Shown in pieces: positions 17,098 through 26,091 of a stretch of 45,161 bases of DNA; the stretch's first letter is position 1; every line of letters begins with the position of its first letter. The notes under the pieces were generated by a model. That model was not told the DNA's origin. It saw only the letters and a list, made by a program, of their open reading frames with translations, and did no database searches. Position numbers and translations under genes: made by a program. This DNA is from a virus (lineage: Duplodnaviria > Caudoviricetes): IMG/VR virus record IMGVR_UViG_3300048902_000090, positions 1 to 45,161 of that record. One strand, given 5' to 3'.

Positions 17098-18466
17098 TTT
17101 CCCCGCTTCTCCGACCGTCGGCGACATCTTCCAAGGCTGGCAATGGGACGGCGTGAAGTGGGTTGCGGTCGGCGGCGGTGGCGGCGGTATTCCCGACGCG
17201 CCGAATGACGGGACGCTCTATGGGCGCAAGAGCCTCGCCTGGTCGAACGTCTCCCACAACGACATCACCGATTGGGCGGCGAATGTTCCGGCGCCGTCGG
17301 CGACCAATCCGATCATGGACGGCGTCGCGGCTCCCGGCGTCGCGACTGCTTTCGCGCGCGGCGACCACGTCCATCCGAGCGACACGAGCAAAGCCAACGT
17401 CAATGGCGTCACCTTCACCGGCCGGGTGTTCCTCGCCAACGATCCGGCGGTCACGGCCCCGCTCGAAGCTGCGGATGGGCGCTATGTCCTGACCACCGTG
17501 CCGGGTGAGAACAAGCTCATCAACTCGGACATGCGGATCGATCAGCGCAACGGCGGCGCGGCGGTCAATAATATCCTTGGTCGTAGTTGGGCGGTTGACC
17601 GATGGTCCGTAAATGGCTCGGCGGCGAACATCTTCAGCGCTCAGAGGCTAGCCACGGGCGGTCCAGCCGGGTTCCCTTATTTTGTTCGCCTCACGTCGCT
17701 TGCCGCCACGACGCTCGCTGCGACCGACGCCAATTCATTCTTTCAGACCTTAGAGGCAGACACTATCGCGGACATGGGGTTCGGCGCGGCTGGCGCTTCG
17801 CCTTGGTGCTTGCAGTTCTGGGTGCGGGCGAGCTTCGCGGGTGTTTATAGCGGCTCGATCTGCAACAACGACGGCTCGCGTACCTACCCGTTCAGCTTCA
17901 CCATCTTGACGGCGAACACTTGGCAGAAAATTACCATCCAGAACCAAGCTGGCGACACGGCGGCGACATGGGTCGGATCGGGCAGCGCTCTGGGGATGTA
18001 TGTGCGTTTCGACCTCGGTTCGGGCACGAGCCGTCGTTCGACACAGGGCACTTGGCAAGCGAGCAATTTCATCGGTGTGACCGGCGCGCAGAGCCTGATC
18101 GCCGCCAATGGGCGAACGCTCGATTTTACCGGAATCAAGTTCGAGACGGGGCTCTATTGCACGACCTACATGCGTCAGTCGCTCGCCAAGAGCATGGTCG
18201 ATTGCCAGCGGTACTTTTCGCAAGTTTTGCTGTTCCAGGCTTCCTATCAAGTAGCGACCGGCTCCTTTGGAACAATCACGCATTTCCCGGTGCCCATGCG
18301 GGCTGCGCCGACCTGTACTCTTAATGGCAACAACAACAACGCCAACGTCAGTGGCTTCACGGTTAATTCGAATACAGCCGCATGTTGGTGCCCATCAAGT
18401 GTGACTGCGACTGCGACCGGCGGGTGCATCGTTAACTATGGCGTCAACGCTGACGCGGAGCTTTGA
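17087..18466 (+). CDS. Second tail fibre / receptor-binding protein
   Basis: DFPASPTVG...WDGVKW, IPDAPNDG, ARGDHVHP, NKLINSDMRIDQR...DRW...CQRYF, FPVPMRAAPT. Confidence 0.8.
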   Translation: MALDFPASPTVGDIFQGWQWDGVKWVAVGGGGGGIPDAPNDGTLYGRKSLAWSNVSHNDITDWAANVPAPSATNPIMDGVAAPGVATAFARGDHVHPSDTSKANVNGVTFTGRVFLANDPAVTAPLEAADGRYVLTTVPGENKLINSDMRIDQRNGGAAVNNILGRSWAVDRWSVNGSAANIFSAQRLATGGPAGFPYFVRLTSLAATTLAATDANSFFQTLEADTIADMGFGAAGASPWCLQFWVRASFAGVYSGSICNNDGSRTYPFSFTILTANTWQKITIQNQAGDTAATWVGSGSALGMYVRFDLGSGTSRRSTQGTWQASNFIGVTGAQSLIAANGRTLDFTGIKFETGLYCTTYMRQSLAKSMVDCQRYFSQVLLFQASYQVATGSFGTITHFPVPMRAAPTCTLNGNNNNANVSGFTVNSNTAACWCPSSVTATATGGCIVNYGVNADAEL

Positions 18467-18468
18467 TC

Positions 18469-18633
18469 ATGGCCTATACGCTCACGGCTGAACCGACCGT
18501 CGTCATCCGCGACGAAGACGGCGCTTTCATCCCGTTCGACGAAGCCAACGTCGATTACGCCGAATACCTCTGGTGGCTCTACGACGGCAACCAGCCGACT
18601 CCCTATACCCCTCCGGAGCCTCAGAATGGTTGA
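18469..18633 (+). CDS. Small tail-fibre-associated protein (54 aa, not in ORF track)
   Basis: GGAG SD; IPFDEANVDYAEYLWWLYDGNQP motif typical of genes following fibres. Confidence 0.7.
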   Translation: MAYTLTAEPTVVIRDEDGAFIPFDEANVDYAEYLWWLYDGNQPTPYTPPEPQNG

Positions 18634-19474
18634 GACGACGACCAAGAACTACGGCTGGGTCAAGCCCGAAGTTCAGCATTCGCCGACGACTTGGGGCGGG
18701 TTTCTCAACAACGATCTCGACGCGATCGACGCGCTCGTGTTCGCCAATCAGATGGGCATCACGCCGATCGGCGGGATCATGCCCTATGCCGGCGACACTG
18801 CGCCGCCCAACTGGCTCATGTGCGACGGCTTGGTCTATCAGAACGCCAATATTCCGCTTCTGGCGCCGATCCTCAAGAACCGCTTCAACGCCGGCACCTC
18901 GGCCGTCGCCGGCACCTCGAGCGCGGTGCCCAACCTCACTCAGAGGTTTCCGCTCGGCATTGGCAGGGATGCGACCAGCATCGGTGCAACTGGCGGCACG
19001 TTCTCCTACACCATCTCGGTCGCCAATCTGCCGGCGCACAATCATCCGGCAAGCCAGGCCGCGCACACGCATGGGGCGACGCAGGTCGCGCACAATCATG
19101 GTGTGTCGCAGCCGGCGCACACGCATCCGGATCCCGGCCATACTCATTCCGCCTCGGAGGCGGCGCACAGCCACACCGTCAACGCTCAAGTTCTAACGCC
19201 GATCAACGGCGTTAATGTCGCGGCCGGTTCGGGTTGGGTGTTTGGCGCGGCGAACTCTGTCGGAACAAGCGCCGCGCAGCCCACGATCACGGTTGGCGCC
19301 GCGGTCACCGGTCTTGGCGCGGCGCAACCCGCCATCACCGTTTTTAACGCACAGCCAGCGATCACCGTCGACACGCAGACGCCGGCGGTCACCGTCGGGA
19401 ATACCGGCTCTGGCACGGCGCTCAACGTCGTTCCGCAATACGTTGGTCTCAGCTTCATCATAAGATACCAGTAA
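18626..19474 (+). CDS. Tail collar-domain fibre with HxH repeats
   Basis: PIGGIMPYAG..PPNWLMCDG, PNL..RFPLG, NLPAHNH, repeated HxH, terminal FIIRY. Confidence 0.85.
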   Translation: MVETTTKNYGWVKPEVQHSPTTWGGFLNNDLDAIDALVFANQMGITPIGGIMPYAGDTAPPNWLMCDGLVYQNANIPLLAPILKNRFNAGTSAVAGTSSAVPNLTQRFPLGIGRDATSIGATGGTFSYTISVANLPAHNHPASQAAHTHGATQVAHNHGVSQPAHTHPDPGHTHSASEAAHSHTVNAQVLTPINGVNVAAGSGWVFGAANSVGTSAAQPTITVGAAVTGLGAAQPAITVFNAQPAITVDTQTPAVTVGNTGSGTALNVVPQYVGLSFIIRYQ

Positions 19475-19475
19475 A

Positions 19476-21272
19476 TTGAGCACAGGCTTCAAACCGCTGA
19501 CTCTTCCGCCTGGCGTCGTCGCCCAGGCGACGAAGAAGATGCAGTCGTCGAACTACAGCGAAGTCAACATGGTTCGCTGGGTGGAGGGCCAGCTTGCGCC
19601 GATCGGTGGGCAGTCGAAGTACAACTTCACCTTCGCTTCGAAATGCAAAGCGATTTTGGGCTGGTATGACCTGGCCCAGGTCTATCACATTGCGTATTTG
19701 TGCGAGTCGAACCTCTACGTCGCCACTGGCGGCGCTTTGCTCGACATCACGCCGGTCGACGGGATCAAGCCGCCTCAACCGCCGACGCAGGGCGGCTATG
19801 GCGACGGGCTTTACGGCCAGGGGCTTCAATTATCGGCGACCGCGGCGTGGACGACGGCGACGCCCAACATCACGATGGTCGCCAACCCTGGCGGCGTAGC
19901 GCCAGGCATGAATGTCTGGAACGTCACCCAGGGGCTGAATGTCGGCGTTGTGTCGACCTACAACGGCACGGCGCTTGTCCTAACGGCGAATGCGGCGAAC
20001 GCTGGCGCGGCGAATGACGTGCTCAATTTCGGCGCTTATGGCGAGTCGCGCGCGATTAGCGCCGCCGCCGCGATCGATCGTCTGCCCGACGCCTATAGCT
20101 TGCAGAATTTCGGCGCCGTTCTCCTGGCGATGACCTCGGCCGACGGCCGGCTTTTGCAGTGGAATCCCGCGAGCGCGCCAGGCACCAAGGCGGCGGTGAT
20201 CACGCCGGCGTCGGGTTCGACGGTGCCGCACGGCCGTTTTTTCGTCGTTACGCCCGAGCGCTTCGTCCAGGTGTTTGGCTCGTATCTCGACGGCACGCCG
20301 AGCGACGGCGGCTCGTTTCGGCGCTTCGCCTGGTGCGAGCAGGAAGACTACACGAATTGGAATTATTCCGACGTCACCACGCAAGCTGGCTTCATCGACG
20401 TCGAGCCCTCGAGTCCGATCGTTTGCGGCATCGCGACTCGCAGCGGGACTCTCTTCTTTACTGGCAAAAAAGCGTATAGATCCAGGTACTTAGGTACACC
20501 TTATGTATATAATTACGACGAGTTAGGAGACAACTGTACTCCCTGGAGTCCGCAAAGCTTAGCTACAACATCGAGCATGGTATTGTGGTTCTCTCAACAA
20601 GGACCATACTCATATGACGGGACGTCGATTCTGCCGGTCCAGTGCATGGTGCGCGCCTGGATCGACGACGACATCGATCTCCTCCAGGTGCGCCAGCAAT
20701 CGTGCGCGATCCATGTCGCCAACTTCAACGAATTCTGGTGGTGCTATCCGCAAGACGGGCTGACCGGGAATACTCGCATCGCGATCTATAATTACAAGGA
20801 GGGCTGGTGGTCCCAGGCGCGATGCGCGCGCTCGGCCGGCGTCACTGCGAGCTATACCTCGCACACGATCATGGCGAACGATCGTGTCGCTTACGAGCAC
20901 GAGAACGGCTTCACCTATTGGGATGCTGAGCTGCCCTGGATCGAGACGTTCGATCTCAACATCGACGGCGGCAAGCTGGTGACGGTGAAGCAGATGCTGC
21001 CCGACATCGAGGGCGCGATCACCAACGTGATGTATTCGCTGTTCTACCGCAATTCGCGTTCGCTCGGCCTGGTCGAGCAGCAAACTGTGCCGCGCACGGT
21101 GCGCCAGGACGGCTATGTCGATCTCAGGACGACGGGGCGCGACATTCGGCTGCGCATCGCGCTCGCCATTCCGGCCGGGATCATCATCGACGGCGTCGCT
21201 TCTGACGGCTCGGTCAGGCCGGTGACGGTGGGGAACCATTTGATCGACGCTGTTCCGCGGGGAGATCGCTGA
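19476..21272 (+). CDS. Tail nozzle / P22 gp10-like DNA stabilisation protein
   Basis: 598 aa beta-rich; position before ejection genes; FNEFWW.YP, YNYKEG.W, GRDIRLR. Confidence 0.75.
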   Translation: MSTGFKPLTLPPGVVAQATKKMQSSNYSEVNMVRWVEGQLAPIGGQSKYNFTFASKCKAILGWYDLAQVYHIAYLCESNLYVATGGALLDITPVDGIKPPQPPTQGGYGDGLYGQGLQLSATAAWTTATPNITMVANPGGVAPGMNVWNVTQGLNVGVVSTYNGTALVLTANAANAGAANDVLNFGAYGESRAISAAAAIDRLPDAYSLQNFGAVLLAMTSADGRLLQWNPASAPGTKAAVITPASGSTVPHGRFFVVTPERFVQVFGSYLDGTPSDGGSFRRFAWCEQEDYTNWNYSDVTTQAGFIDVEPSSPIVCGIATRSGTLFFTGKKAYRSRYLGTPYVYNYDELGDNCTPWSPQSLATTSSMVLWFSQQGPYSYDGTSILPVQCMVRAWIDDDIDLLQVRQQSCAIHVANFNEFWWCYPQDGLTGNTRIAIYNYKEGWWSQARCARSAGVTASYTSHTIMANDRVAYEHENGFTYWDAELPWIETFDLNIDGGKLVTVKQMLPDIEGAITNVMYSLFYRNSRSLGLVEQQTVPRTVRQDGYVDLRTTGRDIRLRIALAIPAGIIIDGVASDGSVRPVTVGNHLIDAVPRGDR

Positions 21273-21565
21273 TGGCGCATCCTCGCCAGCAACAGACGCC
21301 GCAAGCGGCGCGAATCCCGCCCGACATTCCGAGCGATCCGAAGATCAGCGACGCGCTCGGCGTTTATTTGCGCAATTTCGCGCTCTGGTGCCGCAACGGT
21401 TTCGCCGAGCAGATGCGCAACAACGAGGCGCATCCTGGCGTCCTGGTGCGCGCTTACGACACTGCGCCTGGCGCCAATCCGAAAATCTTCATGATCGAGG
21501 TGAGCTCGGCCGGCGTGATCCGCGCGCGGGCGATCGGGCTGGGAGGCGGGAATCCCGGCCCATGA
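21272..21565 (+). CDS. Hypothetical virion-module protein
   Basis: Translationally coupled on both sides. Confidence 0.7.
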   Translation: MAHPRQQQTPQAARIPPDIPSDPKISDALGVYLRNFALWCRNGFAEQMRNNEAHPGVLVRAYDTAPGANPKIFMIEVSSAGVIRARAIGLGGGNPGP

Positions 21566-21921
21566 ACGCGCCGATCTATCATCGCAAGCTCGAGCGGGCC
21601 CTCGATCGCCAGGGCGGCCTGTTCGCGCTGCCCGATATTCTCGAGCGGATCGCCGATGGGCGCATGCAGTCCTGGGTCGAAGGCAATTCCTGGGCGGTGA
21701 CGCAGATCTCGCTTTATCCGCGCCGGCGCATGCTCGAGATCGTCGCCGCGGTGGGCGACTTGCACGATTGCCGGATTCTGCATGGCAAGATCCTCGCTTT
21801 CGCGCGAGAGATGGGCGTCGACCTGGTCGCCGCCTACGGACGGCGCGGCTGGGCCCGCGACGCCGATCGCAACGGCTGGAAGATCAAGACGGAGTCCTAC
21901 CTGTACCATAAGGATCTGTGA
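21562..21921 (+). CDS. Hypothetical, possibly GNAT-fold protein
   Basis: ATGA overlap; AFAREMG...GRRGWAR pattern common at this position in podoviruses. Confidence 0.65.
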   Translation: MNAPIYHRKLERALDRQGGLFALPDILERIADGRMQSWVEGNSWAVTQISLYPRRRMLEIVAAVGDLHDCRILHGKILAFAREMGVDLVAAYGRRGWARDADRNGWKIKTESYLYHKDL

Positions 21922-22298
21922 TGGCTTGGCAGGATTGGCTGCAGACTTGGATGCATGGGCCGCCGCTGCAGCCGGTGCAGGGGGATCCTGTTAATCCCGG
22001 TTATCGGCAGATGCCTCAAGCGGCGAGCATCGAGGACCGCCGCCCGATGGCTGGGCCGGCGCAGTGGGCGTCGCGGCCGCACGATCAGGATTATCAGTCG
22101 ACCAACATGGCTGGTTACTATCAAATTCCTCCTAACTGGAGGGATGTAGCTGATTGGCAGAAGGCGCATGGCTGGCTCGACCGTAGCCGCGACAAGACGA
22201 TCATGACCATGCCAGCGGATCCTGACTACATCCCGACGGATCCGAGCATACTGGCGCGCATCTGGGCGGCGCAGGACGCAAAAGGCGAGGATTGGTAG
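21918..22298 (+). CDS. Hypothetical protein
   Basis: Coupled ORF filling the gap; Trp/Pro/Gln-rich. Confidence 0.6.
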   Translation: MMAWQDWLQTWMHGPPLQPVQGDPVNPGYRQMPQAASIEDRRPMAGPAQWASRPHDQDYQSTNMAGYYQIPPNWRDVADWQKAHGWLDRSRDKTIMTMPADPDYIPTDPSILARIWAAQDAKGEDW

Positions 22299-22300
22299 CC

Positions 22301-23653
22301 ATGGGCGGACAGACCGGCACCCAGCAACAACAGACGCAACAAACGACGCAGCTGCCGCCGTGGATCAACGACGCTGCGCAACAAAATTACGCTTTCGCGC
22401 AAAATGTCGCGAACCGGCCTCTGCAGCAATACCAGGGGCAGATGACGCCCGACGTCTCGGATCAACTGCAGCAAAGCTGGAACACCGCGGCGACTGCGAG
22501 CAACGCGGGACTCCCTCAGTATAACGCCGCCACCGCCGGCTTTGTCGGCGCGCTCGGCCAAACGCCGATGTCGGTCACCGATCCCGGCAACGCGGCCGCG
22601 GTGACCGCCGGCAATGTCGGCGACACTGACCTGTCCAAATACATGGATCCGTACACGCAGTCGGTGATCAACGCCTCGATGCCGATCATGCAACAACAGC
22701 TGGGTCAGACGCTGTCGACCAACGCCGGCAACGCTGTGAACCAGGGCGCGTTCGGCGGCTCGAGATTCGGAGTTCAACAAGGCACGGCCCAGGCTCAGGG
22801 AGCTCAGGGCATGGCGCAGATGGCGGCTAATCTCAACGCGCAGAATTTCACCCAGGCTCAGGCCGCGGCGACCGGCGACATCAACCGTCAGCTTCAGGCG
22901 GCGACGACCAACCAGGCCTCGCAGCAAACCGATCTCGCGCGCAATCTCCAGGCGCAACAGGCGAACCAAAGCGCGCAGCAAGCCAAGATCAACTCCGACA
23001 TCCAGGCCGCGAGCGGCCTCAACACGACCGGCGCGGGCGTGGCGCAACAGGCGAACAACGCCTTCACCATGCAGAACACCGCCGGCACGCAGCAAATGTC
23101 GACGGCGCAGGATCAGATCAACGCGCAAATGGCCAAGTTCCAGCAAGCCTGGGGCTATCCGACGCAACAGCTCGGCGTGCTGCAGAGCGCGCTCGGCATG
23201 ACGCCTTACGGCCAAACTACAACCGGTCAGAGCAATACTCAGACCTATACGCCGACCGACTGGGCGGCGCTCGCCGGCGCCGGCATTGGCGCGCTCGGGA
23301 ATATATTTGGCGGCAAGGGGGTGACCTCGGACATTCGGGTCAAGAAGAACCTGAAGAAGGTCGGCAAGGGCGTCACCGGCCTCGACGTCTACGACTACAA
23401 TTTCAAGGGCGAGGATCCCGGGACTCCGAAGCATCGCGGGCCGATGGCGCAGGACATCGAGAAGCAATTCCCAGAAGCGGTCAGCGAAAATCCGGTGGGG
23501 GTCAAGCAGGTCCACGCTGGCGTGCTGGGGGCCTTGTCGGCGCCGATGCCTCGAGGGACGAGCGGGGCGTTGCGCTCGCTGACGCCGGTTTCGCGCACCC
23601 AGCACCGGCGGCGGGTGCGGCCGCCTCAGATTGCGGGAGCGCTGAGTGGCTGA
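22301..23653 (+). CDS. Ejection/pilot-type protein with C-terminal S74-like domain
   Basis: Gln/Ala/Gly-rich, YMDPY and GAFGGSR motifs; SDIRVKKN...GPMAQDIE..FPEAV. Confidence 0.75.
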   Translation: MGGQTGTQQQQTQQTTQLPPWINDAAQQNYAFAQNVANRPLQQYQGQMTPDVSDQLQQSWNTAATASNAGLPQYNAATAGFVGALGQTPMSVTDPGNAAAVTAGNVGDTDLSKYMDPYTQSVINASMPIMQQQLGQTLSTNAGNAVNQGAFGGSRFGVQQGTAQAQGAQGMAQMAANLNAQNFTQAQAAATGDINRQLQAATTNQASQQTDLARNLQAQQANQSAQQAKINSDIQAASGLNTTGAGVAQQANNAFTMQNTAGTQQMSTAQDQINAQMAKFQQAWGYPTQQLGVLQSALGMTPYGQTTTGQSNTQTYTPTDWAALAGAGIGALGNIFGGKGVTSDIRVKKNLKKVGKGVTGLDVYDYNFKGEDPGTPKHRGPMAQDIEKQFPEAVSENPVGVKQVHAGVLGALSAPMPRGTSGALRSLTPVSRTQHRRRVRPPQIAGALSG

Positions 23654-25076
23654 CGAAGACCGCCCGCAATACCAGCACGGCGTTGGCACGATCGGCGGAA
23701 CGACGTTCCACTGGGGCTCGGGCACGCCAGGTCAGTATTGGTCAGTCCCTTATGGCGATTATCCGGTAACGCCCGACGCCCCGACGGGCGCTTGGGCGCA
23801 TCGAGTGGGCGCGATTCCGATCGCCAACAACGTGATTCCGGATCCGAAGCTGGGCAGAGACCGGATCGGGATCATGATCCATTCCGGATCCGCTCCGGAC
23901 CTCGATACGCTGTACACGCAGGGGTGTTTCAAGGTTGCGCCGTCCGAATGGCCGACGGTGCGGGCGCAGATCCTGGCGGAGTCGAAGAAGGGGCCGCTTT
24001 ACTTGCACGTCGCGCCTGGCGGGGTGGCGGCGTTCACGAACACGCCGACTTATAAGCCCGGGAGCACCGACCAGGCGCGCGCGGGCAACGCCAACGAGGC
24101 GGCGAACACGACGGCCGGGACGACAGTGAACTCTCCAAACGCTCCGGTGCCTGGCGCGCTCGCAGCTCCCGCCAATAACGACACCGTGATCGATCAACTA
24201 TCGAAGAATATCGCGGAGATCGAAAGCGGCGGTCATAAGAATCCTTACGAGGCGCTCGGCTCTGTCGTTCCTAATCGCGGCCAGGCGATCGGCAAATATC
24301 AGGTGATGCCGGAAAATATTCCCGGCTGGACTCTGGCGGCGACCGGCAAGTCGCTGACGCCGGATGAGTTCAAGGCCTCTCCGGAGGCTCAGGAGGCGGT
24401 ATTCCGCGACCAGATGCGGCGCTCGCTGCAGCTTTACGGCCCGAAGGATGCGGCTTCGATCTGGTTCACCGGCAAGCCGTACAAGCTCGCCGGCGGCTCC
24501 GCGACGGACGGAAACACGACCAACGCCGATTACACTGAGCGGGCCATAAAGGGGATCGACACCAGCGGCGCCACTCCCGCGGTTGCGTCTGGGACAACCT
24601 CACCAACCTCACCAACCTCACCAACCTCACCAACCTCACCGGCGACCCCTGCTCCCGATAAGTCCTGGTGGGACAAGCTGACGACGGCGCCGACGGACGC
24701 GGAGGGCAAGCCGATCGCCGGCGCCAAGTCGCCGATGCAGGAGCTCACCCAGGCCTCGATCTCGAAGCTCGGCTCGGAAGGCCAGACTGAGCGGCAGGAA
24801 CAGCCGGCGCAAAGCATGCTCGGCCAGGGACCCGGCGCCCGCAACATTTCGCCTGGTCTCGCCAACATTGCGCAGACCTACGGCCAGACGCTGAACAGCT
24901 TTTCTACACCTCTTACCTGGGGGCATGGCGTGCGAGGAGCCCCAGGGATGCCCATAGGCGGGCTTCAGGCAGCGCCGGCGGTTCAGACGCCGGGACTGTC
25001 GCTGACGAGCCTCCCGGCTGGGCCTGGGGGCTTTGGCTACGGGATTGATCCTAACCTCGGATATGGATTCGGCTGA
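23646..25076 (+). CDS. Internal virion protein with L,D-transpeptidase-like and lysozyme-like domains
   Basis: VPYGDY...GIMIHSG...TQGCFKV (His-Cys motif) and IAEIESGG...AIGKYQVMP...EAQE. Confidence 0.7.
   Translation: MADEDRPQYQHGVGTIGGTTFHWGSGTPGQYWSVPYGDYPVTPDAPTGAWAHRVGAIPIANNVIPDPKLGRDRIGIMIHSGSAPDLDTLYTQGCFKVAPSEWPTVRAQILAESKKGPLYLHVAPGGVAAFTNTPTYKPGSTDQARAGNANEAANTTAGTTVNSPNAPVPGALAAPANNDTVIDQLSKNIAEIESGGHKNPYEALGSVVPNRGQAIGKYQVMPENIPGWTLAATGKSLTPDEFKASPEAQEAVFRDQMRRSLQLYGPKDAASIWFTGKPYKLAGGSATDGNTTNADYTERAIKGIDTSGATPAVASGTTSPTSPTSPTSPTSPATPAPDKSWWDKLTTAPTDAEGKPIAGAKSPMQELTQASISKLGSEGQTERQEQPAQSMLGQGPGARNISPGLANIAQTYGQTLNSFSTPLTWGHGVRGAPGMPIGGLQAAPAVQTPGLSLTSLPAGPGGFGYGIDPNLGYGFG
24595..24639. 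repeat. 5 x 9-bp perfect tandem repeat CAACCTCAC encoding (TSP)5
   Basis: Read directly. Confidence 0.95.
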
Positions 25077-25774
25077 TGGCTGACAACGACATCCCCGCCT
25101 ACCCGTTCATGTTCGACCAGAGCCAGTGGGTGAACAAATACTCGCCCTTTGCCGGCAAAGCATTGCCGTGGCCGTCGCAATATTCCGGCACGCCGACCGA
25201 CGCGCACGGGAATCCGATCCAAAGCTATCTCGACACTCAGGCGCAGCATGACGCCTGGGCGGCGGCGAATCCGACGCCGCCGATGGCGCCGGCGACGACG
25301 CTGAACTCGAACGCCGGCCTCGAGCCTCTCGGGTCGACAGCGCGCGCGATGCAGAACGCCGGCTATGGCGACTGGGCCATGCTCGATCCGATGATGGCGG
25401 CGAGCTCGATCCCGGGCCAACAGGGCGGGACCGGCAGCGTCGCCGCGACGACGGGCTGGAATCCCGCGAACCCTTCCTCCGCCACGGGCATGCAGCCAAG
25501 CCAGTTGTTCGGCGGCAACGCGGCGGCTCAACCCGCGGCCGCGGCGCAACCCGCGGCGCAGACCAACCCCTACGACATGAACCAGGCTTACCTGACCGCG
25601 CTCTCGAATCCCGGGCATGTGACGACGCCTGGCGCGACGGTGGCGCAAGCCCCGCCCCCCTCGGCGCAGTCCGGAGTCCTGCAGCAATTCCTGCAGAACT
25701 GGGGCGGCAATTCGAAGGGGGCGGGCAACTACGACAACAGCGCTTTCATTAATTCACTGCGCGGGATGGTCTGA
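25076..25774 (+). CDS. Putative internal virion protein, low complexity
   Basis: Coupled; Ala/Pro/Gln/Gly-rich. Confidence 0.7.
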   Translation: MADNDIPAYPFMFDQSQWVNKYSPFAGKALPWPSQYSGTPTDAHGNPIQSYLDTQAQHDAWAAANPTPPMAPATTLNSNAGLEPLGSTARAMQNAGYGDWAMLDPMMAASSIPGQQGGTGSVAATTGWNPANPSSATGMQPSQLFGGNAAAQPAAAAQPAAQTNPYDMNQAYLTALSNPGHVTTPGATVAQAPPPSAQSGVLQQFLQNWGGNSKGAGNYDNSAFINSLRGMV

Positions 25775-26091
25775 TGCCCAACATCGCCGATCTGCTCTCG
25801 AGCCAGCTTCCGGATCCCGATCCGTCCGACCAGCTGCGCGATCCGCTCGGCCAGGGGCAGAACCTCACCGGCCTTTCGCCCCAGCCTGGCCAGGGCGCGG
25901 CCCCGCCGCCAATGACGGGCGGGCCGCCTGGCATGGCGCCCTCAGCCAACGTGCCCGGGCCCCTCGCCGCGCTCGCGCCGGCGCCGGCGCCCATAGCCGG
26001 CAAACCTCGAATTCGGCTGAAGACTCCGCCAGCGAAGAAAATCAAGCCGCGGATCAAACTGAAGGCGTCGGCATATGGCAGGGCCCTTTGA
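25774..26091 (+). CDS. Pro-rich protein with basic C-terminus
   Basis: Coupled; repeated KPRIRLK/KPRIKLK. Confidence 0.65.
   Translation: MPNIADLLSSQLPDPDPSDQLRDPLGQGQNLTGLSPQPGQGAAPPPMTGGPPGMAPSANVPGPLAALAPAPAPIAGKPRIRLKTPPAKKIKPRIKLKASAYGRAL

Noticed and set aside
14422-19474. Diversity-generating retroelement acting on the fibres
   Set aside because: No reverse transcriptase and no adenine-specific TR/VR pair seen; repeats are diverged protein modules
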